Origin: Chitinophagaceae bacterium
GTDB lineage: Bacteria; Bacteroidota; Bacteroidia; Chitinophagales; Chitinophagaceae
Length of the DNA stretch: 61,845 nucleotides
NCBI GenBank assembly: GCA_051306075.1
Contig: JBPPMM010000719.1
Coordinates: 1-61,845 of the forward strand
Direction of reading: 5' to 3'
Shown: one piece after another, positions 9,628-19,850 of the stretch
How positions within the stretch are numbered: the first letter of the stretch is position 1
Layout: each line of letters opens with the position of its first letter
The notes under the pieces: generated by a model
Told to the model about the DNA's origin: nothing
Database searches by the model: none
Seen by the model: only the letters and a program-made list of their open reading frames with translations
Translations under genes and position numbers: made by a program

Positions 9628-10935
9628 TTATTTCTTTTTCATCTCCATATAATCCAGCACCAGGTTTGCCAGGGCATTCAGGCCAGTTATAAATCCACTG
9701 TCGTCAATAAAAAATCCCGGCGTATGATGTGGTGCTGAAACCAATGGATCCTTACCTTTCGGCAGGCCCCCAATAAAGAAAAATAGCCCCGGTATTTTAT
9801 TAGCAAAAAATGAAAAATCTTCAGCTCCTGTTTCTGCAGGTACCAGTAATACATTATCTGATCCTGCTGTTTTTTGTAAAGAAGGCAACATAGCAGCCGT
9901 AAGAGCTATATCATTAAATGTAACAGGATAATGACTGGAATAGGGTAATTCCAGCAAAGCTGTGGCTCCTGCAGCTTCTGCCGTTTTTTCAACTACCCGG
10001 CGGATACGATCATATACCAATTTCTCATCGCTATCACTCAGGGTACGCACCGTACCCAACATTTCTACTTGCTCCGAAATAATATTAGATCGTGTGCCGC
10101 CGTGAATAGCACCAATGGTTACCACTGCGGGGTTTTCAGTAATATTTACATTGCGGCTGACAATTGTTTGAAGACTGTTGATGATTTGTGCGGACACAAC
10201 AATGGGGTCTACAGATAACCAGGGTTCTGCTCCATGAGAAGGTTTACCCTGCACAGTAATTTTCATATCTCCTACTGCCGCCAGCATTCCCCCCGGGCGG
10301 TACGTTATTTTACCAACCTCCACCTGTGCGTTTATATGCAGACCAAATATTACATCGACCTTCGGATTGTCCAGTACTCCTTCTTTTACCATCAGTTCCG
10401 CTCCGCCTTCTTCACCAACAGGTGCACCTTCCTCTGCCGGCTGAAAAATAAATTTTACTGTTCCCCTCAACTCCTTTTTCATACCCGTTAATATTTCAGC
10501 TACTCCCATTAGAATGGCTACATGTGAATCATGGCCGCAGGCATGCATAACCCCGGTTTCCCTTCCATTATAACTGGCTTTTACTTTGGAGGCAAAAGGC
10601 AGTGATGTTTTTTCCTCTACTGGCAATGCATCCATATCAGCCCGCAAGGCCACAACGGGACCCGGCTTATCTCCTTTTAATATTCCTACTACACCTGTTA
10701 CCGCAATCCCTGTTTTTACTTCCAGCCCCAGCGACTTTAAATGAGTTGCAATTAATTCTGATGTGCGAACTTCCCTGTTACCCAATTCAGGATGTTCATG
10801 AATATCATGCCGCCAATCAATGACCTTTTGCTCTATCTTACCGGCCGCTATACTTATGCTTGTTCTGTTTTTCTGATTTTGTGCTCCAGCTCCCCCGGCT
10901 ATTACTATGAGTAACAAAAAAATGATCTTATTCAT
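9628..10935 (-). CDS. M20D family amidohydrolase, secreted
   Basis: HPELG, ALRADMDAL, MHACGHD, FQPAEE; signal peptide from MNKIIFLLL (ATG 10935). Confidence 0.9.
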   Translation of the reverse strand: MNKIIFLLLIVIAGGAGAQNQKNRTSISIAAGKIEQKVIDWRHDIHEHPELGNREVRTSELIATHLKSLGLEVKTGIAVTGVVGILKGDKPGPVVALRADMDALPVEEKTSLPFASKVKASYNGRETGVMHACGHDSHVAILMGVAEILTGMKKELRGTVKFIFQPAEEGAPVGEEGGAELMVKEGVLDNPKVDVIFGLHINAQVEVGKITYRPGGMLAAVGDMKITVQGKPSHGAEPWLSVDPIVVSAQIINSLQTIVSRNVNITENPAVVTIGAIHGGTRSNIISEQVEMLGTVRTLSDSDEKLVYDRIRRVVEKTAEAAGATALLELPYSSHYPVTFNDIALTAAMLPSLQKTAGSDNVLLVPAETGAEDFSFFANKIPGLFFFIGGLPKGKDPLVSAPHHTPGFFIDDSGFITGLNALANLVLDYMEMKKK

Positions 10936-10975
10936 GTATTTTTTTTGATTTAATATTTCCTTTTTAATTCCCATG

Positions 10976-12298
10976 TCACTTTCTAAATAATTCCAATAAG
11001 GCCGTTGTTCCAATAAGCGTTCCCAATGGAATGGCGGCCAGGTCAACCTGGTAGTTACCACTGTGATTAGAAAATGGATAAATTTTCCCTTCCAGTGCAG
11101 CTTTAGCCACCAGGTCTGCACTGGCGGTTCCTACCAGTATAAAATCATAAACCGTTTTTTTGTTGTGTATCACCAGGTGATGAAAATCTTCTGATCCCAT
11201 GACGGCAGGTGTATTGGTAAATATTTTTCCCGGTTCAAGGATGCTGGAAAGGGATCGGTTTATTTTATTAACCAGCGTGGTATTATTCACCAGCGGGTAA
11301 ACCATGCTTTTCATTTTAATTGTTGGATACATTTCTTTCGGAAGCCCATTGGCCACGGCAATACCTTCATTGATACTTTTAATTCCATCCAGTAATGTAT
11401 TTCTGTCTTTTTCATTGAACCAGCGCAGGTTTAATTTTAGCAGGGCCGATGGAGGTATAACATTATTTTCAATGCCTGCCTGGAATGCACCTACCGTCAG
11501 AACGGCGGCGTCCTGCGCGGCAATACTCCTGCTTATGATGGTTTGATATTGCATCACCGCCATGCTTGCCATCACTATGGGATCTTTTGTCAACTGCGGT
11601 GATGAGCCATGGCCGCCTATACCATAAAAGGTAACGTCCAATTGGTCGCTGCCTGCCATACGTTCTCCAACACCATTATAAATTGTGCCAACAGGAATGG
11701 GCCAGGTGTGCAGGCCAAATAAATAATCAGGGACGGGAACCCCTCTTTCGTACATTTTATCGGCCACCATAGCTTCTGCACCCAGCATGGGTTCCTCAGC
11801 CGGCTGGGCTATAAATACAAGTGTTCCCTTCCAATTCTTTTTTTCATCTGCCATGATTTTTGCGATTCCTAACATCCAGGTTATATGCGCATCATGCCCG
11901 CAGGCGTGCATCACCGGCACTTCGGTACCATCTTCCTTCTTCATGGTTTTGGTGCTGGCATACGGGAGCCCCGTAATTTCTTTAACCGAATTGCAATCCA
12001 TATCGGCACGGTACATCACCACAGGTCCGTCCCCATTTTTTAATACTCCCGCAATGCCTGTTTTAGCAATGCCGGTTATCACTTCATAACCCAGCGATTT
12101 GAGTTCTTTGGTAACAATACCTGAGGTGCGTACTTCCATAAAACCCAATTCAGGATTTTGGTGCAGGTCTTTAAATATTTCTACCAGGCGCAGGGAATCT
12201 GCATAAGCCATTTGCTTTACCTGCTTTCCAGGTTGAGCCTGCAAAACGGAAACGACCCACTGCAATGCTATAAAAATGTATGTTGCTTTTGTTTTCAT
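10976..12298 (-). CDS. M20D family amidohydrolase, secreted
   Basis: NPELGF, YRADMD, MHACGHDAH, QPAEE, GSEDF; N-terminal signal peptide. Confidence 0.9.
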   Translation of the reverse strand: MKTKATYIFIALQWVVSVLQAQPGKQVKQMAYADSLRLVEIFKDLHQNPELGFMEVRTSGIVTKELKSLGYEVITGIAKTGIAGVLKNGDGPVVMYRADMDCNSVKEITGLPYASTKTMKKEDGTEVPVMHACGHDAHITWMLGIAKIMADEKKNWKGTLVFIAQPAEEPMLGAEAMVADKMYERGVPVPDYLFGLHTWPIPVGTIYNGVGERMAGSDQLDVTFYGIGGHGSSPQLTKDPIVMASMAVMQYQTIISRSIAAQDAAVLTVGAFQAGIENNVIPPSALLKLNLRWFNEKDRNTLLDGIKSINEGIAVANGLPKEMYPTIKMKSMVYPLVNNTTLVNKINRSLSSILEPGKIFTNTPAVMGSEDFHHLVIHNKKTVYDFILVGTASADLVAKAALEGKIYPFSNHSGNYQVDLAAIPLGTLIGTTALLELFRK

Positions 12299-12329
12299 CT
12301 TAATAATTTAACCGAATACCTGCCGTCAA

Positions 12330-13169
12330 TTATTTTGAATGCATCTCCATTTTTTCCAGTTCTCCTGATTCAATCCTTTTAATCTTTATAAAAGGGCTTC
12401 TTATTAGATACCAGAAACTTTGTTTTTGATCTTCTTCAAACTCTTTCAAACCGAATTTAATAGTTTCAACCGGCTTGTATTTAAAAGTCCCGAATATTCT
12501 ATCCCAGATTATAAAAATATCCGCATAATTTGAATCAGTATAATGCTGATCCTGGTCGTGGTGAACCTTATGTATGTTGGGCGTGGTAAAAACAAGTCCG
12601 ATTGTTTTATCCAGCCATACCGGAAATTTTATGTTGGAATGTTCCAGGAAAACATAGGGTATGATAATAAGAAAGAAAACGCCCAATGCTATAAGATCCA
12701 ATCCAAATAAAGTGGAAGCAATTATATTGGATATACCAAAATAAACGACCAATTCTACAGGATGTGAACGCAGGTTGGTGGAAGCATCCATTATTGTATC
12801 GCTGTGATGCACCCTGTGAAAACGCCATAATATGGGAACGCGGTGTGCGGTGCGGTGAAACCAATAATTAACAAAATCAAACAACACAACACCTAATACC
12901 AATTTTGACCATAAGGGGATCTGAATCAGAAACAAAAGTCCGACCTCATTTTTGTTCAGCCACTCAATAGTGAAAACAGTTACGAATGCAAATAAAAGGT
13001 TGCCCAAATAAAATACCACCTGGAACAATATATTGTGAAAAAGATGTTGGGGCAGCTTATTGAATTTGAACTGGGTGGTTAACAATTGTTCCATCGTATA
13101 AAAAACGATAATGAGCCCGATGATAATATAATTAATATCAATAGCAAGAAGTTTGTTTAAGGTTTCCAT
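12330..13169 (-). CDS. Sterol desaturase/fatty acid hydroxylase family membrane di-iron enzyme
   Basis: His boxes HRTAH, HRVHH, EH and HKVHH; multiple TM segments. Confidence 0.9.
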   Translation of the reverse strand: METLNKLLAIDINYIIIGLIIVFYTMEQLLTTQFKFNKLPQHLFHNILFQVVFYLGNLLFAFVTVFTIEWLNKNEVGLLFLIQIPLWSKLVLGVVLFDFVNYWFHRTAHRVPILWRFHRVHHSDTIMDASTNLRSHPVELVVYFGISNIIASTLFGLDLIALGVFFLIIIPYVFLEHSNIKFPVWLDKTIGLVFTTPNIHKVHHDQDQHYTDSNYADIFIIWDRIFGTFKYKPVETIKFGLKEFEEDQKQSFWYLIRSPFIKIKRIESGELEKMEMHSK

Positions 13170-13185
13170 TTTTGTTCTTTTTGTA

Positions 13186-14379
13186 TTACAAATAACTCAA
13201 CCACCATTTTTCTTTATGACGGGTTTTATATTGATCATACCACTTGCATAAAGGGTAAAGCAATAGTACCACTATTATCCAAACCAAATAAGTTGCCCCC
13301 AATGAAAAGCCATAACCGGCTAGCCAGGGGCTATCTTTGGGGTTCATGTTAGTTACAAAAATCATATCCGTCCATGGTCTGCCACTTAAAACCACAGCTC
13401 CGATAGCCAGCAGGTGAATAAAAAAAAGATGAATGATGTAAAAAAACAACGGCACCCGTCCAATTCTCAGCAGCATATTCTCCAGGCGGTTCAGGGGTTT
13501 TTCAAAAAGCAGTAAAAGGAGCAAGGCTGGTCCCAGTGTCATCAATGTGTAGAGCAATGATGGCGGATATTTTGTGACATTTAAAAATGAACAGACCGAA
13601 AGAATAAAAGAATGCTGTACTTCCCATGGCTTCATGTCCCCGTAATTATTTATTCCCCGTATCAGCAAAAAGAGTGCTATGGCAGTAAATCCGATAACCA
13701 GAAGTACTTTTTTCCGCAACGCCGGATTCATTCCTTTTTTATACAGAGCACCAAAACTATAGCCCAGCATCATAATGCCCAGCCAGGGAATGATTGGATA
13801 ACCTGTGGAGATAAGATGTCCGCCAATGATGAAGCGTTTCCGCTCATGTAATTCCCCCCACAAAATATCCCGCCAGCTATTTCCTGTTGCATGAATATTG
13901 TCTAACAAATTATGCCCAAACAAAATGAGCAACCCGGTTACTAAAATTATTTTTAGTGGCAGATAAATAAGTATACTCATGATTACCATTCCCAGGCCCA
14001 ACACCCAGATAACCTGCAGGCGAAAGAAAAAAAAGTTGGGATCGAAATTCCAGGCAAAACTAATAACCGTGAGTTCCAGCAGCATCAGCCACAATCCGCG
14101 TTTTAATAAAAATAAAGAAAGCTCTCTTTTTAATCTTCTTTCCCCAATCAAAAAGGCTGAGGTCCCTGCCAGGAAAACGAAGACCGGTGCACAAAAATGG
14201 GTAATCCATCTTGTAAAAAATACGGGAGCATTAGTGTTCGCCATATCATCAGGATTGTATAAAAAATTACCCGCATGAAAATAATCCCTTACATGGTCCA
14301 ATGCCATGATTACCATAACCATCCCACGAAGCAGATCAATTGATTCAATACGTTTTGTCCTTGTTAAGGTTTGCTGCAT
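13186..14379 (-). CDS. DUF1624/HGSNAT-like membrane acyltransferase, copy 3
   Basis: SIDLLRG..MALDHVRD, TRWITHFCAPVF, KYPPSL, WWLSYL. Confidence 0.85.
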   Translation of the reverse strand: MQQTLTRTKRIESIDLLRGMVMVIMALDHVRDYFHAGNFLYNPDDMANTNAPVFFTRWITHFCAPVFVFLAGTSAFLIGERRLKRELSLFLLKRGLWLMLLELTVISFAWNFDPNFFFFRLQVIWVLGLGMVIMSILIYLPLKIILVTGLLILFGHNLLDNIHATGNSWRDILWGELHERKRFIIGGHLISTGYPIIPWLGIMMLGYSFGALYKKGMNPALRKKVLLVIGFTAIALFLLIRGINNYGDMKPWEVQHSFILSVCSFLNVTKYPPSLLYTLMTLGPALLLLLLFEKPLNRLENMLLRIGRVPLFFYIIHLFFIHLLAIGAVVLSGRPWTDMIFVTNMNPKDSPWLAGYGFSLGATYLVWIIVVLLLYPLCKWYDQYKTRHKEKWWLSYL

Positions 14380-14436
14380 AGATGGCTTGATTGTTACTCT
14401 TTATAAACTTATTGATCCGGATAACTTATTGTGCTT

Positions 14437-15642
14437 TTACAAATAACTAAGCCACCATTTTTCCTTATGGTGTTGTTTATACCTGTCATACTTTTTACAT
14501 AAGGGATATAAGGCAATAACTACAGAAAGCCAGACCAGGTAAACAATTCCCAGCGAATAACCGGAACCTTGCAATGAATCATTAAACCACAAAGGTTGAT
14601 GCAATATCCAGTTTCGCCAGTCGATGCTGGTGAACCATTCAGAAAAAATCATGGCCAGCAGGTGAATAAGATAAATATGTATTAAATAATAAAACATAGG
14701 CACCCGGCCGTATACAGACACAACCTTAGCAAAAGCATTATTTGTTTTTTCCGTAAAAGCAAGAAATAAAACAGCTGGTCCCAGCGTCATTAACAGATAT
14801 AGTAAGGAGGGTGGATACTTTGACGTTTTGAGAATAGAAAGGAAAGTAAATAAGAATGAATGCTGCCGACTCCAGTGGGATGAGTCACCATACCAATTAG
14901 TGAGCCGTAATAAAAAAAACAATCCGATGGCAGATAGACCGAGGATCATCAATATTTTTTTTCTTCTGGTCGCATCGAAACCCGAAGTATATAATTGGCC
15001 CAGGCAATAACCCAGGGCCATTACTCCTATCCATGGCATAGCCGGATAACCAACAAATACGCTTCTACCCTGCCAGCTGAAAAAATTGGGTTCATGCAGG
15101 ATGGACCAGCCAAATGCCTGCAGATTATTTCCAGTTACATGAATTCCATCCAGCAGGTTATGCCCCGCTACTAAAATAATTCCGATAACAAGTATTAACG
15201 TTTTGGGAAGATGTATTAATGCAGCGAGAACGATCATACTGATTCCTAAAGCCCATATTACAATAAATAAAATAGTGGGAAAGCCAATGGCAAAATTCCA
15301 CCCAAAATTGGTTACGATTAATTCAATGAATACTAACCATAGACCCCGCTTTAATAAAAAGAGAGATAATTCTTTTTTCGTTTTTCTTTGCCCGGAAAGA
15401 AAAGCGGAGGTACCAGCCAGGAACACAAATACCGGGGCGCAAAAATGAGTGATCCAACGGGTAAAAAACAAGATGACACTTGTTTTATCCAGGTCAAGCG
15501 GGTCATACAAAAATGCACCGGCATGAAAATAATCCCGAACGTGATCCAGCGCCATAATAATCATGGCCAGGCCACGTAACAGATCGATGGAATAAATTCT
15601 TTTTTTGACGAGAGCATTGTCCAAGGCAATAGCGGTTGACAT
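14437..15642 (-). CDS. DUF1624/HGSNAT-like membrane acyltransferase, copy 2
   Basis: Same motifs: SIDLLRG, MALDHVRD, KYPPSL, WWLSYL. Confidence 0.85.
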   Translation of the reverse strand: MSTAIALDNALVKKRIYSIDLLRGLAMIIMALDHVRDYFHAGAFLYDPLDLDKTSVILFFTRWITHFCAPVFVFLAGTSAFLSGQRKTKKELSLFLLKRGLWLVFIELIVTNFGWNFAIGFPTILFIVIWALGISMIVLAALIHLPKTLILVIGIILVAGHNLLDGIHVTGNNLQAFGWSILHEPNFFSWQGRSVFVGYPAMPWIGVMALGYCLGQLYTSGFDATRRKKILMILGLSAIGLFFLLRLTNWYGDSSHWSRQHSFLFTFLSILKTSKYPPSLLYLLMTLGPAVLFLAFTEKTNNAFAKVVSVYGRVPMFYYLIHIYLIHLLAMIFSEWFTSIDWRNWILHQPLWFNDSLQGSGYSLGIVYLVWLSVVIALYPLCKKYDRYKQHHKEKWWLSYL

Positions 15643-15720
15643 AAAAAATGTTTATTGCGAAAAAATAAAATCCTGTTTTTCTAAAATTCAATAAATAAAT
15701 CCTTACCAAGGAACTCCATT

Positions 15721-16917
15721 CTACAAATAACTCAGCCACCGCTTTTCTTTATGATGAGTTTTATAAGTATTGTACCGTTTGCACAACGGAAATAATGTAA
15801 CGACTACAAAAGCCCACACAACATAAACTCCCGCCAATCCAAAACCTTCGCCAGGTACCACAAAATAAAATGGGAACTGCCCCGTGTTCGTTGCCTCCTC
15901 AAGGTTATAACCCCGAATAAAAAAGAATATCATATCCAGCAGGTGGATCAGGTACAGGTGAAGGATATAATAGAAAAAAGCCGCCCTGCCGTAAATTCTT
16001 ATTATACCGGTGAAGGCATTTTTGATTTTCTCAAAGAAAGCCAGGAGAAAAAAAGCAGGGCCAATGGTGATGCATAAAAACAGGAGCGATGGAGGATATT
16101 TATGAACATTTATAAATGACAGAAAAGTAAAGAATCCATTTTTCTGTACCATCCATGGATAAGGATCTCCATAGATATTCATACTCCGCAAAGCAATAAA
16201 GATGACAATGAGTAATGAACCTATGGAAATAAATATCTTTCTCCTTTGTTCGGGAGAATAATTTGATTTAAAAAAAATACCGGTACAGAAGCCCAGCATC
16301 ATTACACCCAACCATGGCAAGAACGGGTAAACAATGATTACATTATGGCCGGGTGCAAAAGAATAAGGAGTAAAATATGCGTGGTGAACGAGATCCCACC
16401 AAAAGCCGCTAGCCCATGCTTCAGTATCATACCTGTCGAGCCAGTTATGACCCCATACAATCATAAGGCCCAGCAGTAATATTATTTTATACGGAAGCCA
16501 TATCAGTAAGCCAAGTAGTATCATACAAATGCCAATAGCCCAAATAACCTGCAGTGGTATAAAATTGTACTGCGGGTTAAATGTCCAGGCCAGGGAAATA
16601 ACCGCGAATTCAATAAATATTAACCATAGTCCCCGGGTTATTAAAAAAGTGCTTAGTTCCTTTTTTGTTTTACGAAGACTTTGCAGGTAAATAGAAGTGC
16701 CCGAAAGAAAAACAAATATGGGTGCACAGAAATGGGTTATCCACCGGGTGAAAAATAAAAAGGGAGTGGTGGTAGCAAAATTCAACGGATCATCTGTATT
16801 GGCGGAAAAATGAAAATAATCCCTGACGTGGTCCAAAGCCATTATAATCATGGCTAAGCCACGCACAATGTCGATAGATTCAATCCGGTTTGATTTGGCA
16901 GTTAATGATGGTTGCAT
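15721..16917 (-). CDS. DUF1624/HGSNAT-like membrane acyltransferase, copy 1
   Basis: SIDIVRG, MALDHVRD, KYPPSL, RWLSYL. Confidence 0.85.
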   Translation of the reverse strand: MQPSLTAKSNRIESIDIVRGLAMIIMALDHVRDYFHFSANTDDPLNFATTTPFLFFTRWITHFCAPIFVFLSGTSIYLQSLRKTKKELSTFLITRGLWLIFIEFAVISLAWTFNPQYNFIPLQVIWAIGICMILLGLLIWLPYKIILLLGLMIVWGHNWLDRYDTEAWASGFWWDLVHHAYFTPYSFAPGHNVIIVYPFLPWLGVMMLGFCTGIFFKSNYSPEQRRKIFISIGSLLIVIFIALRSMNIYGDPYPWMVQKNGFFTFLSFINVHKYPPSLLFLCITIGPAFFLLAFFEKIKNAFTGIIRIYGRAAFFYYILHLYLIHLLDMIFFFIRGYNLEEATNTGQFPFYFVVPGEGFGLAGVYVVWAFVVVTLFPLCKRYNTYKTHHKEKRWLSYL

Positions 16918-17069
16918 GATACCAGTATTGGAATATTATTTTATTGATCAAGATGATACTTTCTTTTTAAGAAAGCCATCAATTCTTCCGCATTCTTTTT
17001 CAGTGTCTCCAATATCAATAATTTCGGTCGCCGGGAGCCATTCATTTGTAAGGCGTGAAAACCCATTAC

Positions 17070-17912
17070 CTACTTATTGGCCCCCATACCTCCGATGATC
17101 AGCCAGCCCTTACCTGTTTTTTTCCAGGTATGAGTGATTTTGATATTACTTCTTTTAACCACTTCTCCCTTGTCATTGGTCCATGTTTGTGCTACATCGT
17201 AAAGGGCAATAACAATATCTTCAAACACATTTTCTACTTTGCGTGTCAGTTCATAATTATACAAACCACTATTGTCCTTGTATAATTCCGTCAGCCAATC
17301 AGTAATATGTGCTTTGTCGCCAATGATATTGTTACTGGGGTAACCTATAAACTTTTCATCCCATAAAGTAATATAAGCTTTGATGTCTTTTGTTTTTACA
17401 TATTTCCAATAGTTCTCTTCCAGTTGCCAGATCTCATTTTTGATTTGTTCCTCTGATACATCATTTAAACTATTCACCTCGATCCAGTAGCCATCCGGAT
17501 CCCGGAAGAATATCTGTTTAATACCATCAGCCCGAGTATTTACCATACCTGCCTGACCTGGCCAGTCAGAATAAGGGATGTTTAAACCGGTAATTCTGTT
17601 TAAAAAACTATTAAAATCATTGCATGACAAACCTATATGGATCGCTTTGTTCACCATAACCTTTTCCTTAATAACGGAAATCAGGTGCAACTCTCTTCCA
17701 TCGGCCAGTAAAAACCAACGAATGCCTTCAATTTTTGACCGATTGGTGATCTCCGGTAACATGAGAACCTCTTTGTAAAACCCGGCAGAACGGTCAACAT
17801 CTTTTACCGACAGGGCCAGGTGATCAACAGAAAGTTTAAAGCCCATACCGTCCTGTGCCTTCAGTAAGCTTGCAAAACACATAACAAGGAAAAGAATAGT
17901 AACTTTTTTCAT
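17070..17912 (-). CDS. Secreted VOC (glyoxalase) domain fused to an NTF2-like/DUF4440 domain
   Basis: Signal peptide; DHLALSV..FY..ELHL..HIG..FFRDPDGYWIEV (VOC); C-terminal half ends ITHTWKKTGKGWLIIGG (NTF2-like). Confidence 0.75.
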   Translation of the reverse strand: MKKVTILFLVMCFASLLKAQDGMGFKLSVDHLALSVKDVDRSAGFYKEVLMLPEITNRSKIEGIRWFLLADGRELHLISVIKEKVMVNKAIHIGLSCNDFNSFLNRITGLNIPYSDWPGQAGMVNTRADGIKQIFFRDPDGYWIEVNSLNDVSEEQIKNEIWQLEENYWKYVKTKDIKAYITLWDEKFIGYPSNNIIGDKAHITDWLTELYKDNSGLYNYELTRKVENVFEDIVIALYDVAQTWTNDKGEVVKRSNIKITHTWKKTGKGWLIIGGMGANK

Positions 17913-17948
17913 ATCATCTAATGGTTGATTATACCTGTTTAATTAAAA

Positions 17949-19826
17949 TTATAATTCTCTTCCCACCGGGTATAATAAATACCGGTCATCGTAATATTTT
18001 GTTTTGCTGTAAAACCAGGTGAGGATGGCGTTCTGGTTACTGGCAAATTCTTTATCTGCTGCTTTCTTTGCTTCAAATTCCTTTTGTAATTCAGGCGAAT
18101 CGTCCAGCATTTTTTTTGCCATGGGCTCCATCACATAGGCTTCAATATATTCAGTGCGTTGAAAAATAGCATTAAAAAATCCCCAGCTGAAATAAGAATC
18201 CTTTGAAATGGGTTCAAGTAGATACATGGCAAGATCCCCCAATGGCTGGTCAGTTGAAATAAAAACAGAGCCTGCTGCAAATAATTGTTCCCGATTTTCG
18301 GCCCGGGTAGTGCCACTCAGCTGCATATGCCCTTCAAAAGGCAGTGGTTTATGATCTTCATTTCCGAACACGACATTTTCAATCCGGTACATTTCAACTT
18401 TTACTACGCGGGGCTGATCCAATGCTGTCATTTTGATTCCATGCATTTTTAATCTTGCAATCACCTCATCACAGGAGGCGGGTACCCAATATTTTTTAGG
18501 CCGAAGGATAAAATCTGTAGGTTCGGTGGCTCTGTAATTCACAATCTTCATCGCTTCCGGTTTTCCCAGCCATTCAATATAATTCGTATTGGTTACCGGT
18601 GATTTTAAAATTCTTGATGCTATACCCAATAAATTAAGACTGTCGGGTACTGTAGCCGGTGTATTTGATGTTTTCAGTTCCGCAGCCTTTTCAAAGTTTA
18701 CTGCGTTTTGCATTTGGGGAACTTTCCAGGCCATAGGAATTTTTGCAGACCTGATGTCTTTATCTTTTCTTGTAATTTCTTTAAGTATTTGGCTTTGCGA
18801 TGCTAATAGTTTTAAAGTACTTTCCAGCAGAATATAAGTGCCCAATACCCTTTGCTTAAAGGGTTTTAAAGAATGGTTTTCTACCAGTAAGGTGGGCATA
18901 TGACGAAGGTTGCCATAACTGTCCGAAAACCGGGGTCCGCCTGCTATTAAAACATTCCCTTTTGTAAAATCCATGTCATTTAATGCAAATAATAACTGGC
19001 CGGGTATGTGTCCGTTTGCAGTCAGGTCTTTATCTGCAAAGGGTTTATACGTTGCCTCCAGCCATTGTGCAATACCCGGTGAATTTCCCTGCAGGCCAAA
19101 TCCCCCAAAAGTGATATCGTACTGGTAATCCGCTCCGTCGGTAACATGAATATCCATGTAAAAGCTGGGATCGTATTCATTCATCACTTTGACAACTGAT
19201 CGCACTTCCCTTGTATCCAGTTTTGCATAATCCCTGTTCAGATTTAGATTTTGTGCGTTGGTGCGCCAGCCCATATTCTGAGGTCCACGCTGGTTCGGCC
19301 TGTTAAATGGCGAAGACCGTTCATGAGCATCCACACTTAATATTGGAATGAACAGGAAGTTTACTTTATCCAGTAAGGATTTTTTATTTCCGAAAGCTAT
19401 ATCACGCAGTAACATCATGGCGGCATCCTTGCCATCTATTTCGCCGGAGTGAATACCTGCCTGTGCAAGGAAAAGCGGCTTGCCGGATGTTTTTAATGCA
19501 GCGGCAGTTATATTTTTTTCGGTGGAAGCAATGATCATAAATATATCGCGGCCTTCTACACTTTTCCCAATAGAAACCATTTTTAGCAATAGTGAGGCAG
19601 CAGATAGTTTTTGAAACCAAATCATGGTTTGATTATAATCAGGCGTGGTTACAAAGCCTGATTTTTCTGCGGGAGTAATCCATGGGTGATCCGCTTTTGC
19701 AATTAAAGTTTCACTTTTTCCATGCCATTCCATAATGGGGGGAAGGATAGACTGTGCAACGGATGATAATGTAACCAGGATATAAAGGCAGCAAATTGCA
19801 AAGCGAGATATTCTTATTTGTATCAT
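17949..19826 (-). CDS. M14 family zinc carboxypeptidase, secreted
   Basis: GIHSGEIDG (HxxE), NLNRD, DIHVTDG. Confidence 0.88.
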   Translation of the reverse strand: MIQIRISRFAICCLYILVTLSSVAQSILPPIMEWHGKSETLIAKADHPWITPAEKSGFVTTPDYNQTMIWFQKLSAASLLLKMVSIGKSVEGRDIFMIIASTEKNITAAALKTSGKPLFLAQAGIHSGEIDGKDAAMMLLRDIAFGNKKSLLDKVNFLFIPILSVDAHERSSPFNRPNQRGPQNMGWRTNAQNLNLNRDYAKLDTREVRSVVKVMNEYDPSFYMDIHVTDGADYQYDITFGGFGLQGNSPGIAQWLEATYKPFADKDLTANGHIPGQLLFALNDMDFTKGNVLIAGGPRFSDSYGNLRHMPTLLVENHSLKPFKQRVLGTYILLESTLKLLASQSQILKEITRKDKDIRSAKIPMAWKVPQMQNAVNFEKAAELKTSNTPATVPDSLNLLGIASRILKSPVTNTNYIEWLGKPEAMKIVNYRATEPTDFILRPKKYWVPASCDEVIARLKMHGIKMTALDQPRVVKVEMYRIENVVFGNEDHKPLPFEGHMQLSGTTRAENREQLFAAGSVFISTDQPLGDLAMYLLEPISKDSYFSWGFFNAIFQRTEYIEAYVMEPMAKKMLDDSPELQKEFEAKKAADKEFASNQNAILTWFYSKTKYYDDRYLLYPVGREL

Positions 19827-19850
19827 GGCAGTTTATACTAAATTTTAATT

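Noticed and set aside
10936-11121. N-terminal extension of the first M20 ORF
   Set aside because: It overlaps the upstream gene; the signal peptide starts at 10935.
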